Shown in pieces: positions 38,695 through 52,540 of a stretch of 64,000 nucleotides of DNA. The notes beneath the pieces were generated by a model. That model searched no databases and was not told the origin of the DNA. It was given only the letters and a program-made list of their open reading frames with translations. How positions within the stretch are numbered: the stretch's first letter is position 1; every line of letters starts with the position of its first letter. The DNA is taken from positions 173,168,001 to 173,232,000 of the forward strand of contig NC_058368.1 of assembly GCF_018350175.1 (NCBI RefSeq), written 5' to 3'. Both the position numbers and the translations under genes were made by a program. This DNA comes from Felis catus. Taxonomy: Eukaryota.

Positions 38695-40093
38695 TTTTTT
38701 TTAAGAGATTTTATTTTTAAATAATCTCTATACCCAATGTGGGGTTCGAACCCACAACCCTGAGATCAAGAATTGCTGGGTGCCTGGGTGGCTCAGTCAG
38801 TTGATTCTAACTCTTGATTCGTCTCAGGTCATGATCTCATGGTTTGTGAGATCAAACCCCGCATCAGGCTTTGTGTTGACAGTGTAGAGCCTGCTTGGGA
38901 TCGTCTCTCCCTCTCTCTCTGCCTCTCCCTTGCTCTTGCATGTGTGCACTTGCTCAGTCTCTCAAAATAAATTAGTAAAGAGAAAAAAAAAAGTCATATG
39001 CTCTACTACCTGAGCCAGCCCTGTGCCCCCCAAAATATTTTCTACTACCTTTTTGGTTTCTTCTTTGACCCATTGGTTAGTTTCGGGTGTTTTGTTTCAT
39101 TCTGTGTATTTGTCAGTTTCCCAGATTTCTTCTTTCTGTTATCACTAATTTCACTCACTGTAGTTGGAAAACATACTTTGTATGTTTTTTATCCTTTTAT
39201 ATTTATTGAGGCCTGTTCTATTGCTATCATATGATGTATGGAAAATATTCTATATACACTTAAGGAAAATGGATACTCTGCCATCAGGGGGAGTAGTGTT
39301 CTGTAGATACCTGTTTGGTCTAGTTGGCTGGAGTGTTAAATAGATCTTTGTTTGGTCTAGTTGGGTTATAGTTTTGTTTAAATTTTCTATTTCCTTGTTG
39401 ATGTTCTGCCTAGTTCTCCCTGTTACTGAAAGTGGTATGTTGAATCTTATTCATTTTTGAAGAATGTTTCCCTTGTTTATAGAATTCTGGTTTGACACTT
39501 ATTTTTTTTTCCAGCATTTTCAGAATGGCACTGTGTTGTCTTCTGGCTGCACGGTTTTGGTGAGAAGGTGATGAGAATTCTTACCTTTGTTCTTTTGTAC
39601 GTAACCTGTTTTGTTTTTTTTTTTTTGGTGACTGCCTTCAATGTAGTGTGTGTGTAGGCTTCACGCCCAGCATGCAGCCCAATGTGGGGCTTGAACTCAC
39701 AACCCTGAGATCAAAACCTGAGCTGAGATCAAGAGTTGGATACTTAACTGACTGAGCCACCCAGGCACTCCTGGAATATATATTTTTTAAATATTCTTTT
39801 TGGATCTGTGATTTGTAGTCTCTTATCAGTTTTTGAAAATTCTCAATTTTGTTTTATTAAGACTATTTTTTTTTTAATTTTTTTTCAACGTTTTTTTAAT
39901 TTATTTTTGGGACAGAGAGAGACAGAGCATGAATGGGGGAGGGTCAGAGAGAGAGGGAGACACAGAATCGGAAACAGGCTCCAGGCTCCGAACCATCAGC
40001 CCAGAGCCCGACGCGGGGCTCGAACTCACGGACTGTGAGATCGTGACCTGGCTGAAGTCGGACGCTTAACCGACTGTGCCACCCAGGCGCCCC
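38695..40093. mobile_element. Nested SINE pair (~38695-39030), SINE ~39650-39771, young SINEC_Fc ~39865-40093 (TSD aagactatttt)
   Basis: Consensus bodies and TSD. Confidence 0.85.
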
Positions 40094-41200
40094 AAGACTA
40101 TTTTTTTTAGAGCAGTGTTAGGTTCACAGCAAATTGAGGGACAGGTACAGTGATTTTCCATTTACCCCTTGATCTCATGCATGTATAGCTGCCTCCATCA
40201 GAGTGAAGTGTTATAATTAATGAACATACTTTGACATATTATTATTACCTGAAGTCCATAGTTTACCTTGGGTTCACTTTTGGTGTTGTACATTCTGTGG
40301 ATTTTGACAAATATGTAATGACATGTATCTGTCATGATATCATACATTTTCACTGCCCTAAGAATCCTTTGTGCCCTCCCTATTCATTCCTCCTGCTGCC
40401 AGTCTCTTGGAGTCACTGGTCATTTTACTGTCTCCATAGTTTTGTTTTTTCCAGCATGTCATATAAGCCTTCATACAGTATGAAGTCTTTTCAGGTTGGC
40501 TTCTTTCACTTAGTAATACACATTTAAGGTTCTTCTGTGTCTTTTCATGCTTTGGTAGATCATTTCTTTTTATTTGCTGAATAATATTTCATTGTCTGAA
40601 TATAGCATTGTTTATTCATTCACCTACTGAAGGTCATTTTGATTGCTTCCAAGTTTTAACAATTAAGAATAAAGCTTCTATAAATATCTGTGTGCATTTA
40701 TGTGCATCTCTTCTGGGTAAATAACCAAGGAGTCTGATTGTTGGATTGTATAGTAAGAGTATGTTTAGTTTTGTAAGAAATCGCCAAACTGTCTTCCAGA
40801 GTGGCTATACCATTTTGCATTCCCATGATCAGTGAATGAGAGTTCCTATTGCTCCATACCCTCACCAGCATTTGGTGTTTTCAGCATTCCAGAATTTGGT
40901 CATTCTAATAGGTGTATAGTAGTATCTCATTGTGTGTGTGTTTTTTAAGTTTATTTATTTGTTTTGAGACAGAGAGGGTTGGGTAGAAGCAGGGAGAAAG
41001 GGATAGAGAGAGAGAGAATCCCAAGCAAGCTCCACACTGTTAGTGCAGAGCCCAATGCTGGGCTTGAACTCACAAATAGTGAGATCGTGACCTGAGCCAA
41101 AGTTTGATGCTTAACCTGTTGAGCCACGGTGCGGAGTCTGCTTGGGATTCTCTCTCTCTTCCTCTCTCTGCCCCTCCTCTGCTCATGTTCCCTCCCTCCC

Positions 41201-41212
<12 letters not shown>

Positions 41213-41288
<76 letters not shown>
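41213..41288. repeat. Compound (CT)n(CA)n microsatellite in a SINE tail
   Basis: Direct reading. Confidence 0.95.
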
Positions 41289-41290
<2 letters not shown>

Positions 41291-44200
41291 AAAAGTGTGT
41301 TGTTTAATCTCCATGAGTTTTTAGATTTTCTAGTTATAGTTCTGTTAAAGATATGTAGTTTAATTTCATTGTAATCTGAGAGCAGGTGTTGCCTGATTTT
41401 TATTTTAAATTTGTTAAGGTGTGTTTTATGGCCCAGAAGTATGTGAGCTTGAAAAGGGCGTATATATTCTTATTATTGGTTGAAATAATCTATAGGCTCA
41501 ATTATGTACAATGGTGTTAAGTTCAATTATATCCTTCCTGCTTTTCTGCCTGCTGCATCAGTCCACTTCTGATAGAGGGATGTTGAAGTTTTAAAATACG
41601 ATAGTGGATTCCTGTATTTCTCCTTGCAGTTCTATCAGTTTTTGCCTCACATATTGACATTATTGTTAGGCATTTACATGTTGAGGATTGTTACGTTGTC
41701 CTGAAGAATTAACCTCTTTATCACTATGTAATGCCCTTCTTATACCTGATAACTTTTCCTTGCTCTGAAGTCTGCTCTTTCTGAAGTTAATGTAATTACT
41801 CCTATTTTCTTTTGATTAGTGTTATTATGGTAAATTTTTCCATTTACTTTTTCACATATGGTTTTTATTAATTTGTTATTTTTATTATTATGTTGAGATA
41901 TTTTTTCTCTAAACTCACTTTGTTGTGAGTTTTTATCATAAATGGGTATTGAATTTTGTCAAGTGCTTTTTCTGCCTCTTTTGAGATGATCATATGATTT
42001 TTATGCTTCATTTTGTTGTTTGTTTCGTTTATTGAAGTATAATTAACATACAATGTAATATTTTAAGTGTGTGACATATTGATTCAATAATTCTTTACAT
42101 CACTCAGTGCTTATCGCAATAAGTGTAGTCACCATCTGTTACTATACAACATTATTACAATATTATTGACTATATTCCCTATGCTGTACCATCTATTCAC
42201 TTTTAATCTCTAGCTGTCTTTATATTTAAAGTGGGTTTTTGGGGCACCTGGCTGGTTCAGTCAGTGGAGCATGTGACTCTCGATCTTGAGGTTGTGAGTT
42301 TGAGCCCCACATTTGGTGTGGAGATTACTTAAAATCTTTAAAAAAAAAAGAAGCGGGTTACTTGTAGATAACGTAGTTTGCGGTTGCTTTTTGATCCACT
42401 CTGACAATCTTTTAATTTGTACATTTAGTCCTTGGCATTCAAGGTGATTAATTGATTATTTAAAAAAAATTTTACTTATTTAAGTAATCTCTATACCCAG
42501 TGTGAGGCTTGAACTCAACCCCTAGATCAAGAGTCACATGTTCCTCCAGTTAAGCCAGCTAGGCACCCCCATGTGATTATTTTGTAGCTGGATTAAGGTT
42601 TGTCTTATTTGTTACTGTTTTCTGTATTTGCTCCTCTTCTTCATTCCCATTTTTGTCTTCTACTTTGTTTCTGCCTTTTGTGGTTTTAACTGAGCATCTT
42701 ATTCAATTTTCTCTCCTTAACATTTCTGTTATTTTCTTTTTTTATATTTTTATTTATTTATTTATTTGTTTTAGAGAGAGAGAGAGAGAGAGAGCGTGAG
42801 CAGAGGAGAGGGCAGAGGGAGAAGGGGAGAGAATCTCAAGTAGGCACCAGTGAACTCAGTAAGATGGGTCTTGATCCCATGACCCTGGGATCATGACCTG
42901 AACTGAAATCAAGAGTCAGATAGATGCTCAACCGACTGAGCCACCCAGGTGCTCCGCCCCCCCCCCCCCCCCCCCCCGGTTTCTGTTTTTGTTTTTACAG
43001 TTTTCAGTGATTGCTCTGGAGTTTGCCATATACATTTACAACTAATCCAAGTCCATTTTTTTTAAAAATTTTTTTTCAATGTTTTTTATTTATTTTTGGG
43101 ACAGAGAGAGACAGAGCATGAACAGGGGAGGGGCAGAGAGAGAGGGAGACACAGAATCGGAAACAGGCTCCAGGCTCTGAGCCATCAGCCCAGAGCCCGA
43201 CGCAGGGCTGGAACTCACGGACCGCGAGATCGTGACCTGGCTGAAGTCGGACGCTTAACCGACTGTGCCACCCAGGCGCCCCATCAAGTCCATTTTCAAA
43301 TAACACTGTAATGTGGGCACCTGGGTGGCTCAGTTGGTTGGACGTCCGGCTCTTGATATTGGTTCAGGTCTTGATATTGCTGGTGTGATCTCAAGGTCCT
43401 GAGATTGAGCCCTGACTCTGGCTTTGAGCTGAGCATGGAGCTTGCTTGGGTTTCTCTCTCTCTCTCTGTCTCTCTGTCTCTCTCTGTCTCTCTCTCCCTC
43501 TCTCTCCCTCCCTCTCTCCCTCCCTCTCTCTCTCTGTCCCTCTGTCCCCCTCTCCCTCTCTCCCTCTGTTCCTCCCCTGCTTGTGTGTGCGTGCTCGCTC
43601 ACTCAAAAAAATAAACATTTAATTTAATTTTTTTTGAGAGACAGAGACAGAGTGTGAGTAGGGGAGGGGCAGGAGAGAGGGAGACACAGAATCTGAAGTG
43701 GACTCCAGGCTCTTAGCAGTCAGCACAAAGCCTGACGTGGGGCTTGAACTCAGGAACTGTGAGATCATGACCTGAGCCTAAGTTGGACACTTAAGTGACT
43801 GAGCCACCCAAGCGCCCCAATGAATAAACATTTAAAATAGGGGGCGCCTGGGTGGCGCAGTCGGTTAAGCGTCCGACTTCAGCCAGGTCACGATCTCGCG
43901 GTCCGTGAGTTTGAGCCCCGCGTCAGGCTCTGGGCTGATGGCTCAGAGCCTGGAGCCTGTTTCCGATTCTGTGTCTCCCTCTCTCTCTGCCCCTCTCCCA
44001 TTCATGCTCTGTCTCTCTCTGTCTCAAAAATAAATAAAACGTTGAAAAAAAATTTTAAATAAAACAAATGGATCACCTGGGTGGCTCAGTTGATTGAGCT
44101 ATTGCCTTTTGGTTTCTGCTCAGGTCATGATCCCAGTTTGTGAGTTTGAGCCCCATGTTGGGCTCAGTGCTGGCAGCACAGAGCCTTCTTGGGATTCTCC

Positions 44201-45117
44201 CTCTCCCTCTCTCTCTGCCCCTTCCCCACTCGCTCTGCCTGTGTGTCTCTCAAAATAAATTAATTAATTAAAAAATTTTAAATAAAACCAAGTAACACTG
44301 TAATGCTTCATGAGTATTGTGTGTACTTTATAATAACAAAATTATGCTAATTCTTCTTATTCCTTGTATCATTGTTGTTATTTATTTCACAAATATAGAA
44401 GCATATATAAAAATATGTAAGCATACATAGTCATACATTATTACTGTTAGCGTTTTGAACAAACTGTTTTCTGTTAGATTAAGAATAAGAAAAATAAAAG
44501 TTTTTTTTTTTTTAACATTTATTTATTTTTGAGACAGAGAAAGACAGAGCATGAATGGGGGAGGGTCAGAGGGAGACACAGAATACGAAACAGGCTCCAG
44601 GCTCTGAGCTGTCGCGGGGCTCGAACCCACGGACCGCGAGATCATGACCTGAGCCGAAGTCGGCCACTCATCCGACTGAGCCACCCAGGCACCCCGAAAA
44701 ATAAAAGATTTTATGTTACCTTCATTTATTCCTTCTTTGATACTCTTACTTTGTGTATATGTATATGAGTTTCTGACCTATATTTGAGGAACTTCTTTGA
44801 ACGTTTCTTGCAAGGCAGGTCTACTGTCAACAAATTCCTTCCATTTTTGTTTGTCCGAGAAAGTCTCTATTTCTCCTTCACTTTTGAAGAATAATTTACA
44901 GGGTACGGAATTGTGTATAGGTGGCTTTTCCCCTCAACACTTAAGTGTTTTACTCTATTCTCTTTTTGCTTGCATGGTTTCTGAGAAATTAGATGTAATT
45001 CTTATCTTTATTTCTGTATAGGTAAGGTTTTTTTTCTCCCTTTGGCTTCCTTCAGGATTTTTTCTTTATCTTAGATTTTCTATAGTTTGAAAATGATATG
45101 CCTAGGTGTAGGGTGGG

Positions 45118-45118
<1 letters not shown>

Positions 45119-45163
<45 letters not shown>

Positions 45164-45251
45164 TGGGGGGGTGAGCTTAGGTCTGTGTTTTGGTATCTGA
45201 CATTACTTTGGGGAAATTGAGTCATTTCTGTTTCACATGTTTCTTTTGCTC

Positions 45252-45302
<51 letters not shown>
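45119..45302. repeat. (TG)n at ~45119-45162 and (TTTC)n at ~45253-45302
   Basis: Direct reading. Confidence 0.95.
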
Positions 45303-45303
<1 letters not shown>

Positions 45304-47339
45304 TCCTTATGGTAATTCTATTATGTGTTTATTACTCCTTTTGTTATTGTCCCACAGTTCTTGGATATATTCTATTTTATTCTTTTCAGTCTTTGTTCTC
45401 TTTATAGTATTGGAGATTTCTCTGATGTATGCTCAGTTATATTCAGGTTGCTAATAAGCCCATCAAAGGCATTCTTCATTTCTCTTAGTGTTTTGTTGTT
45501 GTTTTTGAGAGAGAGAGAGCATGCATGCACACAGCGGGGGTTGGGAGGTGGGTAGAAGAAGAAGGAAAGAGAGGGAGAATCTTGAGCAGGCTCCACACCC
45601 AGCATGGAGCCTGACATGGGGCTTGATCTCACAACTCTGAGATCATGACCTGAGCTGAAATCAAGAGTTTGATGCTTAACTGACTGAGCCACTCAGGTGC
45701 CCCTGTTATAGTGTTTTTGATCTCTAGGATTTTTTTTTGGTTCTTTCTTAGGATTTTCATCTCTTTATTTATGTAGTCCATCTCTCCTTGCATGCTTTCT
45801 ACTTGCATGCTCTCTAAATATACTAAGGGGTCTGTACTAAGATTGCTTAGTATGTTAATCGTAGTTGTTTGAAATTCCCAGTCTGATAATTCTAGTATCT
45901 CTGCCATGTCTGGTTCTAATTATTACTCTGTCTCTTCAAGTTGTGTTTTTATGCCTTTTATTATGCCTTGTATATAAACACTTCTTTAATTAGGTTTTGT
46001 TTTTTTTTTTTAATTTTGGAGAGAGAGCACACATGCGGGAGAGGGGCAAGGGGTGGCGGGGAGAGAGAGAGAATCTTAAGCAGGCTCCATGCTCAGTGCA
46101 GAGCCTCACATGGTGCTTGATCTCATGACTCTGGGATCATGACCTGAGCCAAAATCAAGAGTTGGATGCTCAACTGACTGAGCCACCCAGGCGCCCCTGT
46201 AATTTCTACTTGATAGCTGGATATGATGTACTGGGTAGAAAGAAATAGTTATGAATGGGTTTTTGATAACATGTTGGTAAGGTGTGGGAGTAGGGAAAGT
46301 ATTCTATAATTTTTTTTTTTAAACGTTATTGATTTATTTTGAGAGAGAGTGAGCAGGGGAAAGGCAGAGAGAGAGGGAGAGAGAATCCCACTACACTGTC
46401 AGCACAGATCCCGATGCGGGGCTCAAACTCATGAATTCGCAGTGAGATCATGACCTAAGGCGAAATCAAGAGTCATATGCTTAACTGACTGAGCCATGCA
46501 AGTGCCCCATGGGAAAGTATTCTATAGTTCTGTGGTTAGGTCTCAGTCTCTCAGTGAATCTGTGCCTCTGTACTGTGAACTTTGTAAGTATTTCTCGGTT
46601 TTTCTCCCCTCACTTCCTTTATGTGGGACAAGATGGCTAGAGAAGGTTGGAATTTTGTACTTTTCCTTCTTACAGGTCAGACACTGATAATACCCTGTCA
46701 TTGTAGGCTCTGGTTAACTAGTTTGACCTAGGGCAGACCTTCTTAAAAAGAAGGGAGTACTCTGACATATTTCAAATTATTTCCTTTTTCTCTCCGTCTG
46801 TTGGATGCTCAAGATGAAATTTCTGCTATTTTTATTGTGAGAACCTAGTTGAGCCCTTGGAGGTAAAGTTCACAAACTTTGGGTGGGGTGGTTGCTATGA
46901 TGGAGTTCCTGTGGAGTTTTTAACACTCAGACTTCTATGCACTGAGCCTCCAGTAATTTGTCAATTATGGTTTATAGTTTTCTACCCTGGCACTGGTTTC
47001 TGTGGCGGTTTCTGCTGTTGAATCTCTTGCTCTGATAAACCATGACTCCCTGTATTCCCCTCTCCATCTCTTTATCTTGGGGGCAGTTGTTTGTTCTGTG
47101 TTCTTCCCTCATGGATCAAAGAAGAGTTGTTGATTTTTTAGTCTCTGAAGAGATTTTCACTTCTTGTTAGGACAGAGTGGCAACTTTTAAGCTCCTTACA
47201 TGTGGAACCAGAAGTTGGTTGTGTTGTCTCCATTATAGTTTTTCATTTGACTTTTGTACAGTTTATCATTTTTGTATGTCTTTGCAATTAGCATTTTGAT
47301 AACAACATCTGAGTCTCTTGAGTTAACATGCCATAGTTT

Positions 47340-47352
47340 TTATTTTCTTTCT

Positions 47353-47404
<52 letters not shown>

Positions 47405-47766
47405 TTCTTTTCTTTTCTTTTCTTTTCTTTTCTTTCTTTCTTTCTTTTTTCTTCCTTCCTTTCTTTCTTTTTTCTTTCTTTCTTTCTTCCTTCCTTTCTT
47501 TCTTTTTTTCTTTCTCTCTTTCTTTCGAAATTTATTGTCAAATTGGTTTCCATACAACACCAGTTGCTCATCCCAACAGGTGCCCTCTTCAATGCCCATC
47601 ACCCACTTTCCCCTCCCCCCACCCCTCATCAACCCTCAGTTTGTTCTCAGTATTTAAGAGTCTCTTATGGTTTGCCTCCTTCCCTCTCTGTAACTTTTTC
47701 TCCCCCCTTCCCCTACCCCTGGTCTTCTGGTGAGTTTCTCAGAATCCACATATGAGTGAAAACATG
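47340..47766 (-). mobile_element. Short feline L1 3' end whose tail is a ~180-bp (GAAA)n/(GAAAA)n repeat
   Basis: 16-bp TSD taacatgccatagttt at 47324-47339 and 47767-47782. Confidence 0.88.
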
Positions 47767-49579
47767 TAACATGCCATAGTTTACTTAACCATTGTCTGTT
47801 TTTAAGTCAGTGCTCTTATAGATGCTAGTGTCATGGACATCTTTTTGTGTATTCTGCTTCTCTTCAGTGACTGCCTAGGGTCATCATTTCCTAGAAGTCA
47901 TATCACTTTGTTTGAGAATGCACATCTATGGAGGTTACATGGTGCCTTTCAAAAGTATTTTACACGTTTACACTGTAACTGGCAATATATAGGTATATCA
48001 GCCTCACTACAGTACAGAGCTATATCTGTTTTGGAAAAGAAAGTTCTTAGGAAAAGATTTGGGTGCGAAAATGATTTATCTTATTTTCTTTTATATGAAA
48101 TGTTCCCTTTTAGCCATTTCAAATACCCCCAAATTATACAGGTTCTCTTGATGTACTATCTCAATTTGTGATCTGGATTGTTAACAGCCTGTTTGTATGT
48201 CTCAGTGGGAGGCTAACCTGAATGTTGGGAGATGTTAATCATCATAAATTATGATCAGCATAATCAGCTTTATACAAATTGTGCACTACTGTGTGTTTAG
48301 CTTAGCAGAATCATTTGATAATCTGGGCAAGTCCATTCATTTGGAGATTCTAAGGTTGACAGTTGCTGATATTTTCCTTAAAGGTGTATGCTCCCAGGAA
48401 AAAGTTTGTTTTTCCCTTTCTTCTTGGATTCTTCTATAGGTGAGAGGTCAGGTAAAATGAATCCTAGTCAACAGTGATGCTTCTTGGATTTTAGTCTCAG
48501 ATCATGGTTGCTGTGTGAAAATAAGAGATGGTACTAGTGAAAGACAGTAACTAATTCTGATTGTGGTTAAATTAAATATGTAATGGTGGCTTTGTCAAGT
48601 TATGTGGTTGTATGCTGTCAGTAAAATATATGTAAAATGATAATCTGAATTGAAGTTTTGGATTTCTTTAAATAATATATAATGACAATGCATTATTTAA
48701 TTATTAATTAATAATAATTAGCAGTTATTGGATGCTTGCTATGTGCCAAGTACTATTCTAAGCTTTCTACATGTATTAAATTAATTCTCATAACAGCCTT
48801 AAATATTACTACCTCAAGTTTATGAGTTTACTACCTCAATATTACTACCTCAAGTGCGACCTAAAACAAGTATTACGGAATCATGGTATTTATCTGACAA
48901 TCCCTAAAGTCAGGAGTATATTTACTCTACATGCATGTCCACAGCAGATTAAAAGAAGCAAAGTAAAAGTAGGGAGGGAGATTATCAAAGACCAGCACCA
49001 GTGTCCAGGTATACAGGATAAGTAAGGTACTGAAATCTAGACACTAAAGAAGTAAAATCAAGATTTAAACCCAGGCAGTCTGCCTCTAGAGTTCTTGTAT
49101 ATTAGAAAACAGAATCATACTATGTTACTATATTAAAGTTCTTGTTCTAATGGTGTAGCAAGAGGGCAGAATCTGGAGAATACTTCAGTTAATGTAGCAA
49201 AGCCTCATGTCTCCAGAACCTTTAGGGAATAGGGTGTTTTGAAAAACAGTATTACAAAGATCTCAGATTTGTTGTGCATTATATGGTTCTTGTTTCTCTT
49301 AAATTGAACATAAATGATGTAATCAAAATTTTTTAAATGATTTAGTGATTTTGATAAGAATTTTTTCACTTTAGCTATTCTAGTAGCATGTTAATTTGCA
49401 TTTTAATTTGCATTTTTTTGATGACTAGTGATTTTTTCGTGTGCTTATTGGTCATTCCAGTATTTTCCTTTCTGAAGTATCTGTTTAGAATCCTTGCTTA
49501 TTATTTTAAAACTTAGATTTCTTGTTTTATTAAATTGTAGGAATTTTTTGTATATTTTGGATGTAAGTTCTTTATCAGA

Positions 49580-49650
49580 TTTTATTTATTTATTTTCTTT
49601 TTTTTTATTTTAGAGAGAGGGAAAGTGCATGAGTGGGGGAGAGGGGCAGG

Positions 49651-49692
<42 letters not shown>

Positions 49693-49820
49693 CGTAAGCA
49701 GGCTCCGTGCTCGGTGCAGAGCTTGACGTGGGGCTGGATCTCATGACTGTGAGATGATGACCTGAGCAGAAATCAAGAGTTGGACGCTCAGCCAACTTAG
49801 CTACCCAGACACCCCTATCA

Positions 49821-49861
<41 letters not shown>

Positions 49862-51416
49862 GTGAATATGTGCTCCCATTTTGTGGCTTACCTTTTTATT
49901 CTTAAGATTTAAATTATTATTAGGTCCATTTTTTTCTTGTATGCTTTTTTCTTTCTGGGTCTTGTATAAGCAATCTTTGACTACCCCAAGATTACAAAGA
50001 TTTTCACTTAGGTTTTCTTCTAGAATTTTTATAGTTTTAGCTTTTATATTTAGTTGTGTGATCCATTTTGAGTTAATTTTTGTATATAGTATGAGGTCAG
50101 AGCTGAGGATAATTTTTTTGATGGATATACAATTGTTCTAGCACTGTTTGTTGAAAAACCTGTTCTTGGGGGGCCTGGGTGGTTCAGTCAGTTGAGCGTC
50201 CGACTTCGGCTCAGGTCATGATCTCAACGGTCCGTGAGTTCGAGCTCTGCGTCGGGCTCTGTGCTGACAGCTCAGAGCCTGGAGCCCGTTTCAGATTCTG
50301 TGTCTCCCTCTCTCTCTGCCCCTCCCCTGTTCATGCTCTGTCTCTCTCGGTCTCAAAAATAAATAAACGTTAAAAAAAAAAATTAAAAAAAAAAGGAAAA
50401 CTTGTTCTTGTCGAAAATCAATGTGTGCATCTATTTCTGAATTTTCTATTATGTTCCATTAATCAAGCTTGTTGGGATTTTGATTGGGATTGTGTTAATT
50501 CTATAATTTGGTTAGAATTGATGCCTTATTTTCTGAGTGTCATTATGAACTCATAGATTTAAACACATTTAATATCTTAGTTCATTGTATTCATTATTCT
50601 TACTGATTTTCCAGTTCACTTTTTGGCCAATTGTTCAATTTTTGGCCAACTTAAAAGTTGGCTATTAAGTTCTTTTGATATGACCCTAGTAACGTCTGAT
50701 AGATACTTTGCTTGCAACAGATATTCTAGCTAATTTTTTTTTTTTTTTTTACATTTCTTGCTCCAGACTTGGAATCAACCACTGTACTTTTATATCAGCC
50801 ATGGTACCTTTCTCAAAGATATCCTAGTTGCTTTTAATGGGAAATTGTGTTTGGAGATCACATTCTGGTCACTAGGGATGTTCTTTTCTACTGGGTAAAT
50901 CAGAGGATTTTGAAGAATAAAATTCTTCTGGTTGAGTGTTGAGCACAAAGCAATGCGATATGTAGCAAAAAGTCCTGGAATGGGAGCCAGTTTTTTAAAT
51001 TTTTTCATTCATTTGCCAAATATTTGTTGAGTTTCTGTCAGGTGCCAGGCACTCTTTTATGCAACAGTGAACAAAGTAGGCAAAAATGCTGCCTTTATGG
51101 GAGTTTACAGTCTAGTTAACCCAGAATTTTTACTGAAACAACTGCTATTTTTCTTGGCCAATACCTTACGTTTAGGTCTTTCCTCATTTATAAGATTTTT
51201 TTTTTTTTTAATTTTTTTAACATTCAATTTTGAGAGACAGGGAGAGACAGAGTGTGAGTGGGGGAGGGGCAGAGAGAGAGGGAGGCACTCCGAAGCAGGC
51301 TCTAGGCTCTGAGCTGTCAGCACAGAGCTGAACGTGGGGCTCGAACTCATAGACCATGAGATCATGACCTGAGCTGAAGTCAGATGCTTAACTGACTGAG
51401 CCACCCAGGCATCCCC
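49580..51416. mobile_element. Can-SINEs at ~49580-49815(-), 50168-50395(+), 51197-51416(-)
   Basis: Consensus bodies with TSD-like flanks. Confidence 0.88.
49824..49860. repeat. (TG)n microsatellite
   Basis: Direct reading. Confidence 0.95.
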
Positions 51417-51557
51417 CCTCATTTATAAGATTATGAAATTGTACTAAATGGTCTGTAGTGTTTTCACTCGAAAAGTTTAATAATTTTGTTTTCTTGCTTC
51501 CATGCTTATTCAGTGTTTGTGCTGTTCCTCTCCTCTTTTTGTCTTATCCTCTTACAG

Positions 51558-51682
51558 AAATGACAGAAGAAGAACAGTTTGCTCTGGCTCTCAAAATGAG
51601 TGAGCAGGAAGCTAGGGAGATGAACAGCCAAGAGGAGGAAGAAGAGGAACTCCTGAGAAAAGCCATTGCAGAAAGCCTGAAT
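51558..51682 (+). CDS. UIMC1: UIMC1 coding exon 3 (125 nt): tandem ubiquitin-interacting motifs (Q)[41 protein letters not shown]
   Basis: Acceptor cctcttacag, donor gtaaat at 51683. Two UIM consensus motifs (EEE-x-hydrophobic-x-x-A-x-x-x-S). Confidence 0.97.
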
Positions 51683-52434
51683 GTAAATATGCTATGTTCG
51701 AAAAGTTTGTGAGGGTTGATCAGAAGTTAATTTTTTGTTGTTTTTGTTTTTTGTTTTTTACTTCTGCAGTATTACAGTTGCATTAGGAACTCGCTGTAGT
51801 AGTTCATAAGGTTTTCAACTAACAAATATTTCCCATAATAATTTTAAAGTGTTTGTTGAATTGTTGGTGAATCCAATTTGAAGTGTTTTAATTTAAATGA
51901 AAGAGTTTTCTTCCACCCCACAAGATTTTCAGTATATGGTTTAAGAGGATCATAGTAGTTGGCAGCTTCCGAAAAGAGTTACCAAGTCCCAAGAAACCAA
52001 AAGGAAGCAAGATGAGGTGCTTACTTCTCCTGTGTTTTGGGGAGAGCAAAGGCAATGAGAAACTAGAAGTGAGTTATGGAAAGAAAGAATGAGCAATTAA
52101 AATTTTTTCAAATAATGTTAAATTGTGGTTTGAATATGTATAGTTGAAATTATTTTAAATGTGAAGGTTATTTGCCAGTAGGAGGTCCTGAGCCATCCTT
52201 TATGTCATTCATGTCTCTATATTAGAAAAGGATGTAGTATAGTGATCTAGTATAGCATTTTGCACATAGTAGGCATTCAGTACACATTGTAGAAGTCATT
52301 TGAATTGAGCATCTGCATTTTGGAAAGGAGAATCTCTTAGGGACAGTGGCCTCCCCATTTTGTCCTTCCTGTGACCCTTCATGTATAGCTATTTTAATAA
52401 TAAACCTGGTCTGGTGTGGGATCACTTGTTTCAG

Positions 52435-52540
52435 AGTTGCCGGCCTTCTGATGCTTCTGCTACCAAATCTCGACCTCTGGCAACTGGACCATCTTCACAG
52501 TCCCACCAAGAGAAAACTACAGACTCTGGGACCACTGAAG
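52435..52540 (+). CDS. UIMC1: UIMC1 coding exon 4 (106 nt): SCRPSDASATKSRPLATGPSSQSHQEKTTDSGTTE+G
   Basis: Acceptor ttgtttcag. The frame and the RAP80 peptide (TEG|IWQL) require the non-canonical donor AAG|GCATGT at 52541. Confidence 0.9.

Larger units (their letters stand above)
40945..46508. mobile_element. Dense Can-SINE field, including young SINEC_Fc at ~43056-43281(-) and ~43840-44060(+)
   Basis: More than a dozen SINE bodies in both orientations. Confidence 0.85.
36780..47220 (-). mobile_element. Decayed antisense L1M fragments, including ORF1 remnants near 45300-45910
   Basis: Minus ORFs MAEILELSDWEFQTTTINIL...EMKILRKNQKKILEIKNTIT and KTLREMKNAFDGLISNL resemble the L1M ORF1p coiled coil. 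Confidence 0.65.

Noticed and set aside
47254..47733. Phe/Ser-rich and Lys/Arg/Glu-rich ORFs
   Set aside because: Translations of the (TTTC)n microsatellite.
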